The position numbers and the translations under genes are program-made. 64,000 bases of DNA from a virus, in IMG/VR virus record IMGVR_UViG_3300020203_000013, positions 38,269-102,268 of that record; one strand, 5' to 3'. Below, piece by piece: positions 19,476 through 29,019 of the stretch. Position 1 is the first letter of the stretch, and each line of letters opens with the position of its first letter. The notes under the pieces are model-generated. The model ran no database searches, was not told where the DNA came from, and was given only the letters and a program-made list of their open reading frames with translations.

Positions 19476-21276
19476 TGCTTAGAATTAGTCCTCCCCCTCT
19501 TATAGTAATAACATTTTTACTAGAATCCCCATTCATTGTATCAACACCTGCCGATCTAGTCAAGGTCGGGTCTATTGAGACTACTTGATTCCTTTGTGTT
19601 GGGCTAATCTCTTGTATTACGCCTCTCTCTACTGCGGGAGTTACCTCCCTGTGTTTCCATTGAAGGTCATAAACACACTTACAGGCTAGAATGAAAGAGG
19701 TATATAAATCCTTCTTTTTAGGTTTTCCTGAGTTAGTTGACCCTTTAGGTAGATCATAGTGCAGTTTACCTGTTGTTGTTTGAGTAACTACTATAGAAGA
19801 TATTTGGTTTATAAGCTCTTGAACTAGATCGACTTCTTTACTCTGTCCTTTAAGATTAGCTTTTCTATGGCCATCAATTGGATTAGATGCAGATGGTATC
19901 TTTATGGCTCTCTGCTCTAGTAAGGTTTTAGTGTTGTTATTAGCATCTTCAATAAATACTGGGTTAAAGTTACATAGGGTTAATATCCTAGATCCTCTTA
20001 AGTTAGGAGCTGAGTCTGAGGTTATTACTGTTTCAGTTACTGAATATCCAACTGTAGAGGGATCTGCTAGATGATCTCTGATAGTTTGGCCTCCGCCGAA
20101 TTCATCCATATAAATTGCTACTGGATTAAATCTCCTTATTAAATCGAAGATGTGTTTCGATTGGTCTTGAAAACGGGTCTGCTCAAGTTCTGATATAAAA
20201 ACTAGTTTACTTGGATACCCTAACTCAACTACTGTAACAGCTGTGGAGTCTCTTTCTCTTGCTACGTCAATTCCAAAAACGTATTTCTTACCTTTATCTG
20301 TATCGGGATCTCTACCCATCTTAGGGATTACTTTATCGTCTCTACAGGACTCCAATAAGCTCATCGGAAAAGCTCCATCAGAGTCTGATATCCATTCCGC
20401 CATCCACTCTGTCAAGAACATGTGGCGAGGTGCATTTATCTGAGCGTCTGTAACAGTATCTACGTCATAAAACCCATCTGGTAGCTCTAAGTAAGGAGTG
20501 AATCTTAGGTTATAGTGCTTAGACCCCTTCTTTATTTGGTCATAGAAGTTTAAAATTTCTTGCCACCAATAGTTGAATTGATAATATCCAGATGTAATTC
20601 CAATATATCCGTTATCACTTAGGATAAGATCTTCTGGTATTATTCCACCATATTGTTCTTTTAATTTCTCAAGTTGTTTAACCTTTTGCATTGGATTAAC
20701 AGCTGTACTCATCATAGGCTGAATTGAGGACCTGAATATTATTTCAGGCATATGTGGGATTTCATCTAATATGACTTTTCTAAAACGCTCCCCTCTTATT
20801 TTTCCTCCATCAGATCCTACTGGCAAGGCTTTAATTTCACTGGGGGCTAACCCTCTACCTGTAGATTTAAAAATACATAAACATTGATCATTCTGTTGAG
20901 TCGGATCTTTGTCTACTGCCTCTTGAAGCAGAGGACTCTCTGCATGTAATCTAGTAAATTCTTTAAAGATAAGTTTAGATTGACGAAATGCTGGAGCAAA
21001 GATTCCTATCTTAGTTCCTGGATATAAAGTAGCCTGTAAAGAGGCATAGACTGCGGCCAAAAAAGACTTACCCATACCTCTGGAAGCGGTATTTAATGAG
21101 AATTTAGAATACCACCATTCCGTAAGAACTATCTCTTGAATAGGTGCTAAAGTTAATGGTTCACCATCTCTTTTAAGTAAATGATTAGCAGCAATAACTG
21201 GATTCTTTCTCCAGTAATCTACTATACTACTAGAGTATTTTTCATCTAGTTGTTTATTTATTTTTATTAGAACCAA
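19453..21276 (-). CDS. terL: Terminase large subunit
   Basis: Walker A ASRGMGKS, IRGERFRKVILDE Walker B, RNase H-like FGIDVAR..D and KKDLYTS. Confidence 0.92.
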   Translation of the reverse strand: MVLIKINKQLDEKYSSSIVDYWRKNPVIAANHLLKRDGEPLTLAPIQEIVLTEWWYSKFSLNTASRGMGKSFLAAVYASLQATLYPGTKIGIFAPAFRQSKLIFKEFTRLHAESPLLQEAVDKDPTQQNDQCLCIFKSTGRGLAPSEIKALPVGSDGGKIRGERFRKVILDEIPHMPEIIFRSSIQPMMSTAVNPMQKVKQLEKLKEQYGGIIPEDLILSDNGYIGITSGYYQFNYWWQEILNFYDQIKKGSKHYNLRFTPYLELPDGFYDVDTVTDAQINAPRHMFLTEWMAEWISDSDGAFPMSLLESCRDDKVIPKMGRDPDTDKGKKYVFGIDVARERDSTAVTVVELGYPSKLVFISELEQTRFQDQSKHIFDLIRRFNPVAIYMDEFGGGQTIRDHLADPSTVGYSVTETVITSDSAPNLRGSRILTLCNFNPVFIEDANNNTKTLLEQRAIKIPSASNPIDGHRKANLKGQSKEVDLVQELINQISSIVVTQTTTGKLHYDLPKGSTNSGKPKKKDLYTSFILACKCVYDLQWKHREVTPAVERGVIQEISPTQRNQVVSIDPTLTRSAGVDTMNGDSSKNVITIRGGGLILSNGKKKRY

Positions 21277-21281
21277 GTAAT

Positions 21282-21935
21282 TTAATCTTCTTCTTTTATA
21301 AGGTTTATAGTAGAGCCTATGTGATCTTCCATGTAATCAGCAGTATTCGTAAAATGTTTTTTATTCTGTGTAATTAATAGTTGTTTTTCTCCAGCTTCTA
21401 TCTCAAATGATTTTTTATCTTCAACATACTTACCAATTAATTCCATTAAAGTTCCAACATTACTTTCTTTTCTTTTTTTACCCCTGTCAATGAATCTAGA
21501 ACCTAGGTTAGTTTTTCTTTGTTCTAGTCCTTTATTTAATTTCTCCAGCTGTAAGACCATTGTAGAGTCCATGACTCCATCAGCTTGAGCAAAAGATTCG
21601 TACATCTTATCGCAGTAAATTCTATCCCTATAGTATAGGGTAATTTCTTCTAAATCACTTTCAGACACTGAGTCGGACCCTAAGTCCTTTATCATAGCAT
21701 CACATAAGTTTATATACCTATCTAAGTCGCTAGTTGGTATGGTGTGCTTGGGAACATAGTTAAATATGTCGTCTTTTGTATACTTACCATTTTTTAAAGT
21801 CTGATCTACTTTGCGCCAGCCTTTTTTCTTTCCACCTATCCTAGCTTGTTTAGGTTTATCTAATGGGTTTGTAATTGCAGGAGATCCGGCAACTCTACTA
21901 TCTTCTGGCTCTAAATCGTTGTTTTTATTTGACAT
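21282..21935 (-). CDS. Putative terminase small subunit
   Basis: 217-aa helical protein directly upstream of TerL (synteny only). Confidence 0.45.
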   Translation of the reverse strand: MSNKNNDLEPEDSRVAGSPAITNPLDKPKQARIGGKKKGWRKVDQTLKNGKYTKDDIFNYVPKHTIPTSDLDRYINLCDAMIKDLGSDSVSESDLEEITLYYRDRIYCDKMYESFAQADGVMDSTMVLQLEKLNKGLEQRKTNLGSRFIDRGKKRKESNVGTLMELIGKYVEDKKSFEIEAGEKQLLITQNKKHFTNTADYMEDHIGSTINLIKEED

Positions 21936-21938
21936 CTA

Positions 21939-22280
21939 TTAACCAAACTTTTTAACAGTGAATTCTTCTGTTAGTCTATCTACTGTTACAAAATATCCTG
22001 TTTTACAATTACTGCACTGTATAGAAGCAGTATTCCTATTAACGGGCATTGAATTACTACAGCCCTCGGCCTCACAAAGAAATCCTCCAATACTTAAACC
22101 ACTAGATATTTTGGACTTTCTAGGATCTGTAAAATCTATTTTATGGTACATAGCCCCTGTCTTAGGGTCTCGGGTTCCAACTTTTTTATCATACTCTTTG
22201 TTCTGTTTCTCGACGCGAGCTTGATATTTTGCTGGACCTAGGTCCTGCTTTAGGACACTTTCTGGTACTCTCTTAATCAT
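21939..22280 (-). CDS. Zn-ribbon protein
   Basis: CEAEGC...CSNC. Confidence 0.55.
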   Translation of the reverse strand: MIKRVPESVLKQDLGPAKYQARVEKQNKEYDKKVGTRDPKTGAMYHKIDFTDPRKSKISSGLSIGGFLCEAEGCSNSMPVNRNTASIQCSNCKTGYFVTVDRLTEEFTVKKFG

Positions 22281-22341
22281 AAGTTATAGCCTCTCACTAT
22301 GGGTTATATAGTATTATAGAGGTTAGACGTGTAATTGTCTA

Positions 22342-22974
22342 TTAATTGTGCTCAGATTGGGTGAGCTTTTTTGAACCACTCTCTAGGGCCCCATTAGATG
22401 GGGTATATTTAGCACTTTCACAACGGCCCCAGATTACATTATCATGGCGGCCATTGCCGTCACCAGTTTTTAGATCTAGAAAATAATGCCCTAGTTCGTG
22501 CCTAAGTATTTCACTTTGATCGTAGTTTTCCACAATAAACATGGTTTTAATCTGATCTTCATAGAATCCTAAAACTCTATCTAGGTTTAAGAAGGTAGGA
22601 CTTATATAACTAAAAGACTTATCTTCTGACTCCATGACATCTGCGGAGCTTGTCTTGATGACGTAGCATTCTGGAATTGGTGGGTCGATTAACTTATCTT
22701 CTGGAAATCCCACTTGATTGAAACAGGACAAGGCAGTTAAGTACTCAGTTTTAAAGTCAAATACATCCTGACACCTAACTAGGTCTGATTTTTTAGTAAA
22801 AGGGATTAAATAATGAGCCTCATAGTCTCTAAAAATAACCTTTATAGCTTTGTAGAAATCTCTTTTAGTTAGGGTTGAGGTGTGTAGGTTACTTGTTATT
22901 GATGTAGGACTGAATTTAGATGGACCTGAAAAGGACAAAACTAAAGTAACATATAAAAGAGAAAAAAACCTCAT
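22342..22974 (-). CDS. Putative exported zinc metallopeptidase
   Basis: N-terminal hydrophobic signal; ILRHELGHYFL (HExxH) plus downstream H. Confidence 0.55.
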   Translation of the reverse strand: MRFFSLLYVTLVLSFSGPSKFSPTSITSNLHTSTLTKRDFYKAIKVIFRDYEAHYLIPFTKKSDLVRCQDVFDFKTEYLTALSCFNQVGFPEDKLIDPPIPECYVIKTSSADVMESEDKSFSYISPTFLNLDRVLGFYEDQIKTMFIVENYDQSEILRHELGHYFLDLKTGDGNGRHDNVIWGRCESAKYTPSNGALESGSKKLTQSEHN

Positions 22975-23018
22975 AATATTACAAAGTACTGTAATTAATG
23001 AAGTTTGTAGTATTTTTA

Positions 23019-23252
23019 CTATGCTCTAGACGAGCCGACTCGTTTTTGTCTTGCATTTTCGGTCGTTGGATAGTCACCTGGGCTAACTATTCTATAATCT
23101 ACAGCCCCCGAATAAGCTGCCAGAGATGAGAGATTAATATTTTGACCGTCAATTACTATAACCCCAGATACTGCTAGAGGTGGAGGTAAGATTCCTCCGT
23201 ATTCACTGGAGTTTACTCCAGAACTTACTAAAAAATGGAACGCTGCTGTCAT
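23019..23252 (-). CDS. Hypothetical small protein (possibly virion)
   Basis: 77 aa, GAGG SD, TACTAT motif upstream. Confidence 0.55.
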   Translation of the reverse strand: MTAAFHFLVSSGVNSSEYGGILPPPLAVSGVIVIDGQNINLSSLAAYSGAVDYRIVSPGDYPTTENARQKRVGSSRA

Positions 23253-23307
23253 GTATTATACCTCTAACTTTTAACTGTTTTCCTTAATATAAATAGTATA
23301 TTAACTA

Positions 23308-23922
23308 TTACTTAAATTTTCTCTTCCTTATAGCCCCGTTTGGAAACCTAACTTTAGGTTCAGTTGGGTTATCAAACTCTGGCTTAATGAGCCACTCAAA
23401 TCTACCTACATTTGGGTTATAAGAGTAGATATAATCGTTCTTAGGTCTCTGACTCTCAGTTCTAGTGTTATTGGCTATTATAAACTCGGACGATGGGGAG
23501 TTGGATACATCCTCAAAGTCGGTAATAGTGTTAGGGTTATCAGAGGGTGGACCCTGAGTGAAGGGGACAAAATCTATAGGAAAAATACCACTCTCCGTAG
23601 CGTAAAACCCTTGAGGCACATTACTAATATTTGGAGCATTATTAACATAGCGGTACTTAGCGTCCATTATCGTTAGGGGTCTTCTCGTAGATAGGTTAGC
23701 GTAATCTACCCCGTCTCCAGGTAGATCTCCCCTATAAGACCTAGCGTAGTCTTCGGATCTATAATCTAAGTTAACCGCTTTGCGATCATCAATTAAAGGG
23801 AATTTAACCTTAATTCTTTCGTATTTAGAAAATTTTACATCCTCGTGCCAAGCCTCTGCCCACGAGGAGTCGGTGGAAGAATACTCTGGTCCATCCTCAA
23901 AATTTCTTTTAGCCACTATCAT
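23308..23922 (-). CDS. Hypothetical protein
   Basis: 204 aa, GAGG SD, GTACTAT motif upstream. Confidence 0.6.
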   Translation of the reverse strand: MIVAKRNFEDGPEYSSTDSSWAEAWHEDVKFSKYERIKVKFPLIDDRKAVNLDYRSEDYARSYRGDLPGDGVDYANLSTRRPLTIMDAKYRYVNNAPNISNVPQGFYATESGIFPIDFVPFTQGPPSDNPNTITDFEDVSNSPSSEFIIANNTRTESQRPKNDYIYSYNPNVGRFEWLIKPEFDNPTEPKVRFPNGAIRKRKFK

Positions 23923-23962
23923 ACCTCTAATGTGTTGTATACATTAGAGAAATAGTACTAAG

Positions 23963-24640
23963 TTAGGTGTGCAAGGTAGCAAGTAAGGATGTTACTTTGT
24001 CTCCGAAGCTCACTAAAGTGGAATTATTATCTAGGGTATAATGCCACTTAGAGAATGTATTCAAATCATTTTCACTAATATCATTAGCACCAGATCTGGC
24101 TATTACATCTCTTTTAATATTAATTAATTTTAAATCTATATCTGGTCTTGTTTCTGACCAGCGTAATGCAACGTCTGCTTCATTTCTAAATCTAAAATCT
24201 GTTATAACAATTTTGGTATGTCCTTGGGAAATCAACTCTGGAACTTTGGTATTAAATATGTAGGATGCCCATATGTCTGGAAATAGTTTTCTTTGATCTT
24301 GTCCAAAAATCTGAAGAACCCTGCGGGGAGTTAAAAACTTCTTATAGTCTGGGTTGGGAATCTCAATGGGCGGGCCAACTCCCCTAACCCCTACCCCTAA
24401 GTGACCAAAAACTGTTATTGTCTTGGGGTCTACTAGATTCAGGTAACGAGTATCCTCCACGTCCTTATAATCCCCATGCATCTGCTCATGTGAAAAGTTA
24501 TACAAGTCTGCTACAGTATCTTTAAGGCAGTCAGCAAATGCTAATCTTTTATAGTCTAAGTCTTTTGCGAAAGAAAAGAATGTATCTTTTCCTGTTAAAG
24601 ACCTGTACCCTAGCATAATTACTGTAGTCTTATTACTCAT
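23963..24640 (-). CDS. Deoxynucleoside monophosphate kinase
   Basis: GYRSLTGKDT P-loop, AFADCLK, TPRRVLQIFG, ITDFRFRNE motifs of T4 gp1-like kinases. Confidence 0.85.
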   Translation of the reverse strand: MSNKTTVIMLGYRSLTGKDTFFSFAKDLDYKRLAFADCLKDTVADLYNFSHEQMHGDYKDVEDTRYLNLVDPKTITVFGHLGVGVRGVGPPIEIPNPDYKKFLTPRRVLQIFGQDQRKLFPDIWASYIFNTKVPELISQGHTKIVITDFRFRNEADVALRWSETRPDIDLKLINIKRDVIARSGANDISENDLNTFSKWHYTLDNNSTLVSFGDKVTSLLATLHT

Positions 24641-24641
24641 A

Positions 24642-24872
24642 TTATTTTTGTACCTTTCTTATAGCCTCGGTTAGGCTTTTTAACTCTCGTTTAATTTTTC
24701 TAGTGTGATCAATTATAGCATTTTTTAATCCTGCATGTCTATCTTCTTTAATAATTTTTATTGAAATAATACAAAGTTTTTTATCCTTGGATTCATTGGG
24801 ATTTGTAGTGATTACAGGATGAACTAAGTCTTCATTCCAATAGCCTACAAATTTTATATCTTCTTCGTCCAT
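24642..24872 (-). CDS. Hypothetical protein
   Basis: 76-aa tightly packed ORF. Confidence 0.55.
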   Translation of the reverse strand: MDEEDIKFVGYWNEDLVHPVITTNPNESKDKKLCIISIKIIKEDRHAGLKNAIIDHTRKIKRELKSLTEAIRKVQK

Positions 24873-25253
24873 TTAAGCTCCAGTAAAGACTTTTTCGTAT
24901 TTAAGTATTTTATCCTGTACTTCCTCTATTAGTTTTTTAGTGGTAACTAGCCTAACTACTTGATCCGTAGTGGTTAGAGATATTAAAGTGAATAATACTT
25001 TTTGAATGATAGTAGCCCTAAAGTCTTTAAAGAATAGTAAATTTTCTGGGCTTTGCCCACTTACTAAACTACTTATTACATCTAACTCTCTAAATACAGA
25101 TTCAATAGTAGCTTGAACAGTGCTAGATAAGGCTTCAATATACTTTAACTCTTCCTTAGAGGGTGAAGTATTTGATTTAATTGATAAAAGTAGTTGAAGG
25201 TAATTAGATAAGTTACTTATATGATAAGATAAGTGATGAAGGGCTAGTAACAT
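24873..25253 (-). CDS. Hypothetical helical protein
   Basis: Start moved to ATG 25253 because the GTG at 25283 lies inside a terminator. Confidence 0.5.
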   Translation of the reverse strand: MLLALHHLSYHISNLSNYLQLLLSIKSNTSPSKEELKYIEALSSTVQATIESVFRELDVISSLVSGQSPENLLFFKDFRATIIQKVLFTLISLTTTDQVVRLVTTKKLIEEVQDKILKYEKVFTGA

Positions 25254-25268
25254 CCTCCTATTATACAC

Positions 25269-25301
25269 AAAATAAAACCCCACATCAAGTGGGGCTTTAT
25301 T
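25269..25301 (-). terminator. Rho-independent terminator
   Basis: Minus strand AAAGCCCCAC-TTGAT-GTGGGGTTTTATTTT. Confidence 0.75.
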
Positions 25302-25326
25302 ATACAGATCCTAACTAACTTAAGTT

Positions 25327-25656
25327 CTACTTAGCGATAGTTGATGGACTGGTTCTAACCGAACTCGTTGGAGCTGGGAAAGGGTTACTCATTGGGGCAG
25401 TTGTTTGGGCTGTCTTTTGAATCATTCCACGTCCTGAAACGTTTCCTGAACGACCTTTACCTGTAACTGGACCAGCAAGATTTGGCTTTGCGCCCATTGC
25501 GCCCATTGCGCCGTCTGGGTTACCAAACATACCGAAATCTTGAGCTTGTAAAAGCGCAGTACCTGGCGCTGTAGCCAAGTTTTCGATTCCGAGTTGGTTA
25601 TCTGATCCGTCTAATTCTACGACTGAACCTGATTTATGTGGTTTTGCAACAAACAT
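25327..25656 (-). CDS. Small Gly/Ala/Pro-rich protein in its own transcription unit
   Basis: AGGAG SD, GTACTAT upstream, terminator downstream. Confidence 0.65.
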   Translation of the reverse strand: MFVAKPHKSGSVVELDGSDNQLGIENLATAPGTALLQAQDFGMFGNPDGAMGAMGAKPNLAGPVTGKGRSGNVSGRGMIQKTAQTTAPMSNPFPAPTSSVRTSPSTIAK

Positions 25657-25759
25657 ATTTATATATCTCCTGTTAACTTTATATTATACTTCACCTTAAG
25701 GTATCACGGATAGATAATTAGCCTATCCACCTTAATTCATAGTACATTTTGGTAAGGTT

Positions 25760-26578
25760 TTATATAGTTAGGATTATTGGTCCAGTCTCTGATAGGTAGA
25801 CATGGTTTTCATAATGTGCTGAAGGGGACTTATCCCTAGTTTTAAACTTTAGGAAGCCTGACGGCAGTTCCTCCTTTATTATGTCTTTTGTATCTAAAGA
25901 CCTATCTAAATGGTTAAAAATTAACACAGGCTCTATACAAAAGGACATGCCGACTTTAAACGCTAAGCCCCCCTCTTTAAATCCAAAGTTAGGTATGCCT
26001 GGGGACTCATGTAGTTTTAAGCCTATTCCATGTCCTTGAAAGGGGGGAAATACATTAAAGAGGGCCTTGTTATGTTCTTGTTGAGAGATTACATGTTTCT
26101 GAATAGTATAGCCTATCAATCCTGTAGTAACGTCCGGTTTCATTACCCCTAAGGCCTTGTAGAAAGATTCTTCTGCTACCTCTATTAGTCTCTGATGCTT
26201 AAGGTCTTTGGGTTGGCCGATTATAATAGTTCTAGCCATATCGGAACAAAATCCTTGATAATTAACCCCCAAGTCTAGGGATATAACGTCTCCCTCCTGT
26301 ATGGCATCATCATCTGGTGTTCCATGTACGATATACTCATTCTTAGAGTAACAAATTGAATGAGGGAAACCGTTATAATTTAGAAAAGCTGGAGTAGCTC
26401 CACTATCTTTAATAAAAGTATTTATTTCTTTTTCAACTTGATTGCCTGTGTTTAGTTGCTTCAAAAGGCTGAGACCAAGATCCATAGATCCTTTAGCTAT
26501 ACTTGCGGCCTTAGTAAGTTTCTCCAAGGCTTCATCAAAGTATAGATTAATTCCATTCCTTTGGGTTATAACGGTCAT
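25760..26578 (-). CDS. map: Methionine aminopeptidase type I
   Basis: GFPHSIC, IVHG.P, ISLDLG, SDMART, GHGIG..LHE.P, CIEP, SAHYENH. Confidence 0.93.
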   Translation of the reverse strand: MTVITQRNGINLYFDEALEKLTKAASIAKGSMDLGLSLLKQLNTGNQVEKEINTFIKDSGATPAFLNYNGFPHSICYSKNEYIVHGTPDDDAIQEGDVISLDLGVNYQGFCSDMARTIIIGQPKDLKHQRLIEVAEESFYKALGVMKPDVTTGLIGYTIQKHVISQQEHNKALFNVFPPFQGHGIGLKLHESPGIPNFGFKEGGLAFKVGMSFCIEPVLIFNHLDRSLDTKDIIKEELPSGFLKFKTRDKSPSAHYENHVYLSETGPIILTI

Positions 26579-27631
26579 TTACTCTTCTGACATCAATGCA
26601 ATTAGGCATCCTTGAGCTACTGACTCAAGTGCGTTCTTTGAGTGTCTAACTTCTTTAACTTTAAACGGTAGTTTATTTTCTACTAACTTAAGTTCTGAAT
26701 TAAATACCTCTATAAAGCCTTTAGCTAGAGAAGTTCCACCTGCAATAACTATAGGAACTGGTTTAACAAATTTAACCGAAGTTTGATGATTGGAAAATTG
26801 GTCTACTAAGTTACTGATTAAGTATTTAATTAAGTTCCTATAGTGAGCAGCAATACCTATCTGAATTTTATCATTAGGATCTGGATTTAAAATATCTACT
26901 CCAGCTTCTTTAGTAAAAGTTATTAAATTAGGAGTATATGCATTTGATTTAGATGTGGAATCAAAACCTAAACTAGTTGCTGTTCCATGATCTATATAGT
27001 CTCCACCTTTGGCAATAGAAAAACTGAAGAGAAGGTCTGCCGCATTTACGGCAGCCACATTAGTCATACCGCTTCCGAAAGAAATGGAAATTCCACTATA
27101 ATCGTCGTTTTCTAGTTCTGAAAATGCTAGAGCGTGAGCTTCATTAATAGATTTTCCTGCAAACCCTAAATCTTTTAAGATGCTTTCAATTACGGCTGTA
27201 TGGTATATGACATCAAACTGTCCGTCTACTGGGGGCGCGGGCACTGTAAATACTATTTTTTCATTTTCTACTTTGGGGGCTCCTAGTAATTCCTTTAGAA
27301 GAGCTTTAAACATTGGTAAAGCTTTTGCCTCTTTAGGGGATATAACCCCCTTTGACATTGGCCTTTTTAAAACCGCCTGCCTCTCGACCGACTGTTGTAA
27401 AGAGTCTTGGCCAAGAATTATGATACTATCCTCATCCTCTAGAAAAGATATTCCAGACTTAATAAGTCCTTTCCTCATTGTAGATTGGACTAGCTTGTTA
27501 GGTGTTATGATTTCTAAAAAACAATCACGAACTGATTTTAATTGAGTCTCTCCGTCTTGTTTAGACCTGGCCGAAACTAAAAATCCAGTCCCACAATCTA
27601 AACCAATACCTGCCTTGAATTCATTTTTCAT
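26579..27631 (-). CDS. Actin-like ATPase (MreB/MamK/FtsA superfamily)
   Basis: Phosphate-1 GIGLDCGTG, RPMSKGVI, connect-1 INEAHA, phosphate-2 ISFGSGMTN, GGDYID, adenosine IAGGTS, VAQG. Confidence 0.85.
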   Translation of the reverse strand: MKNEFKAGIGLDCGTGFLVSARSKQDGETQLKSVRDCFLEIITPNKLVQSTMRKGLIKSGISFLEDEDSIIILGQDSLQQSVERQAVLKRPMSKGVISPKEAKALPMFKALLKELLGAPKVENEKIVFTVPAPPVDGQFDVIYHTAVIESILKDLGFAGKSINEAHALAFSELENDDYSGISISFGSGMTNVAAVNAADLLFSFSIAKGGDYIDHGTATSLGFDSTSKSNAYTPNLITFTKEAGVDILNPDPNDKIQIGIAAHYRNLIKYLISNLVDQFSNHQTSVKFVKPVPIVIAGGTSLAKGFIEVFNSELKLVENKLPFKVKEVRHSKNALESVAQGCLIALMSEE

Positions 27632-27643
27632 AGTTAATTATTC

Positions 27644-28036
27644 CTAACTTTCATCTAAAGATCTAAAAATTTCCTGTGCAACTCTTTGTATCATCGTGAC
27701 CGGCACTGAGTTTCCCACTTGTTTATAGGAGTTACTATTAGCTGATTTTTGGGGAAAGTTAAAAGACTCGGGAAATCCCTGCAATCTCAGGCATTCCCTA
27801 ACTGAAAGTTTTCTTACTCCAAAGTTATCTAAAAGTAGAGGAACATTATGTCCTCCACTTCCCATATTTGCAGTTAGAGTCGGGCAAATCTGTTCTTTGG
27901 TATGTCCTGAACCATAAACCATATCAATCGAAAACTTTCTACTTTTGTCTAGGTCTTGTTGGGATATAATAACATTCCCTTTAAACGGGGGCTGGATTTT
28001 CTTTTTTAAATTATTAAATACTTCTTGACTATCCAT
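27644..28036 (-). CDS. C5-cytosine methyltransferase C-terminal fragment (TRD end plus motifs IX and X)
   Basis: CPTLTANMG.GG, RKLSVRECLRLQGFP, YKQVGNSVPV; no FxGxG or PC motif. Confidence 0.8.
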   Translation of the reverse strand: MDSQEVFNNLKKKIQPPFKGNVIISQQDLDKSRKFSIDMVYGSGHTKEQICPTLTANMGSGGHNVPLLLDNFGVRKLSVRECLRLQGFPESFNFPQKSANSNSYKQVGNSVPVTMIQRVAQEIFRSLDES

Positions 28037-28037
28037 A

Positions 28038-28421
28038 CTAGTATAACTTAAATATTAGTTTTCCTGACTTTATATCCTTGATAGTATTGTATATTATTGT
28101 AGGTATAATTTCAATGTTATCTTTGATAAAACATTCCCTAAACCTTAACATATTAACTTTCCTGTACTTATGGTACATGTTACAGGCTTTATCTCTACGT
28201 GCTTGAAACTTTTGCCTAGCATGGTGCTTCTTATCCACGTTACAATCACTACAGAAGTGGTGCCAGCAACCATCGACTTGTATTGAAAGGTTGGCCGACT
28301 TTATATGGAAGTCTACTGGATAATTACCTATTCTGGTTTGTTGAGAGTATTTAATGCCTGCCCCAGACATTACATTTCCAACTTCTTTTTCTAAGTCAGA
28401 ACCAAACTTGGACTTAGCCAT
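28038..28421 (-). CDS. Vsr/DUF559-family endonuclease
   Basis: S.LE, YPVDF, IQVDGCWHH, RD..., MLRFREC. Confidence 0.7.
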   Translation of the reverse strand: MAKSKFGSDLEKEVGNVMSGAGIKYSQQTRIGNYPVDFHIKSANLSIQVDGCWHHFCSDCNVDKKHHARQKFQARRDKACNMYHKYRKVNMLRFRECFIKDNIEIIPTIIYNTIKDIKSGKLIFKLY

Positions 28422-29002
28422 TACAGCTTATCTTGTTTCAGTTTTTTAAGTTTATCCAGTTTATCTGATATGTTACTAGACTTTTTCTCTTCTATTGAAA
28501 CTTTACCTTTAAGGTTATTAAACTTGTTTTCGTCTATAGGATTAACAAATACTGTATCCATTTTACTTGTAGGGGGGTCTTGTAACTCCTCTTCTGCCCA
28601 TTTTGAAAACTTTGTAATGTCCTGAGTAGTTATCTGTCCGTTTCTAGCTTGAGCTAGACCCTTACTGACCGATTTGGCTACCTCTTCAGATAGTCCTTCT
28701 TTCATGGCCCTCATAAAGTCCATAAGTTCTTGATTATTATTATTATTACTTTGACTAAGCTGTTGAGTTACTGTGGAGGGGACTTCTGCTAATCCATTTT
28801 TTAGGTTTTGTAATAGAAAGTCTATAGTTAATAAGTTTTTAGATGAAAATAAATCGGCAGTACTCTTATCTAAGGTAGTTAGTGTAGAGTCAAATCTAAC
28901 TATTAAATCAGGATTTCCCTGAGCCCTAGTTTGTAAGTCATGTAGAGCACTCGCGTCTACCCCTAGAGCTTCAACCTTAGATATAATTGATCGTATGTCC
29001 AT
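28421..29002 (-). CDS. Hypothetical protein
   Basis: 193 aa, basic amphipathic C-terminus DKLDKLKKLK; GTACTAT upstream. Confidence 0.6.
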   Translation of the reverse strand: MDIRSIISKVEALGVDASALHDLQTRAQGNPDLIVRFDSTLTTLDKSTADLFSSKNLLTIDFLLQNLKNGLAEVPSTVTQQLSQSNNNNNQELMDFMRAMKEGLSEEVAKSVSKGLAQARNGQITTQDITKFSKWAEEELQDPPTSKMDTVFVNPIDENKFNNLKGKVSIEEKKSSNISDKLDKLKKLKQDKL

Positions 29003-29019
29003 AGATGTAAGATAGTACC

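Noticed and set aside
19453-21276. Intein or intron in terminase (or in DnaX)
   Set aside because: Lengths are normal, motifs are contiguous, and no C...HN-C/S/T splice motifs are seen
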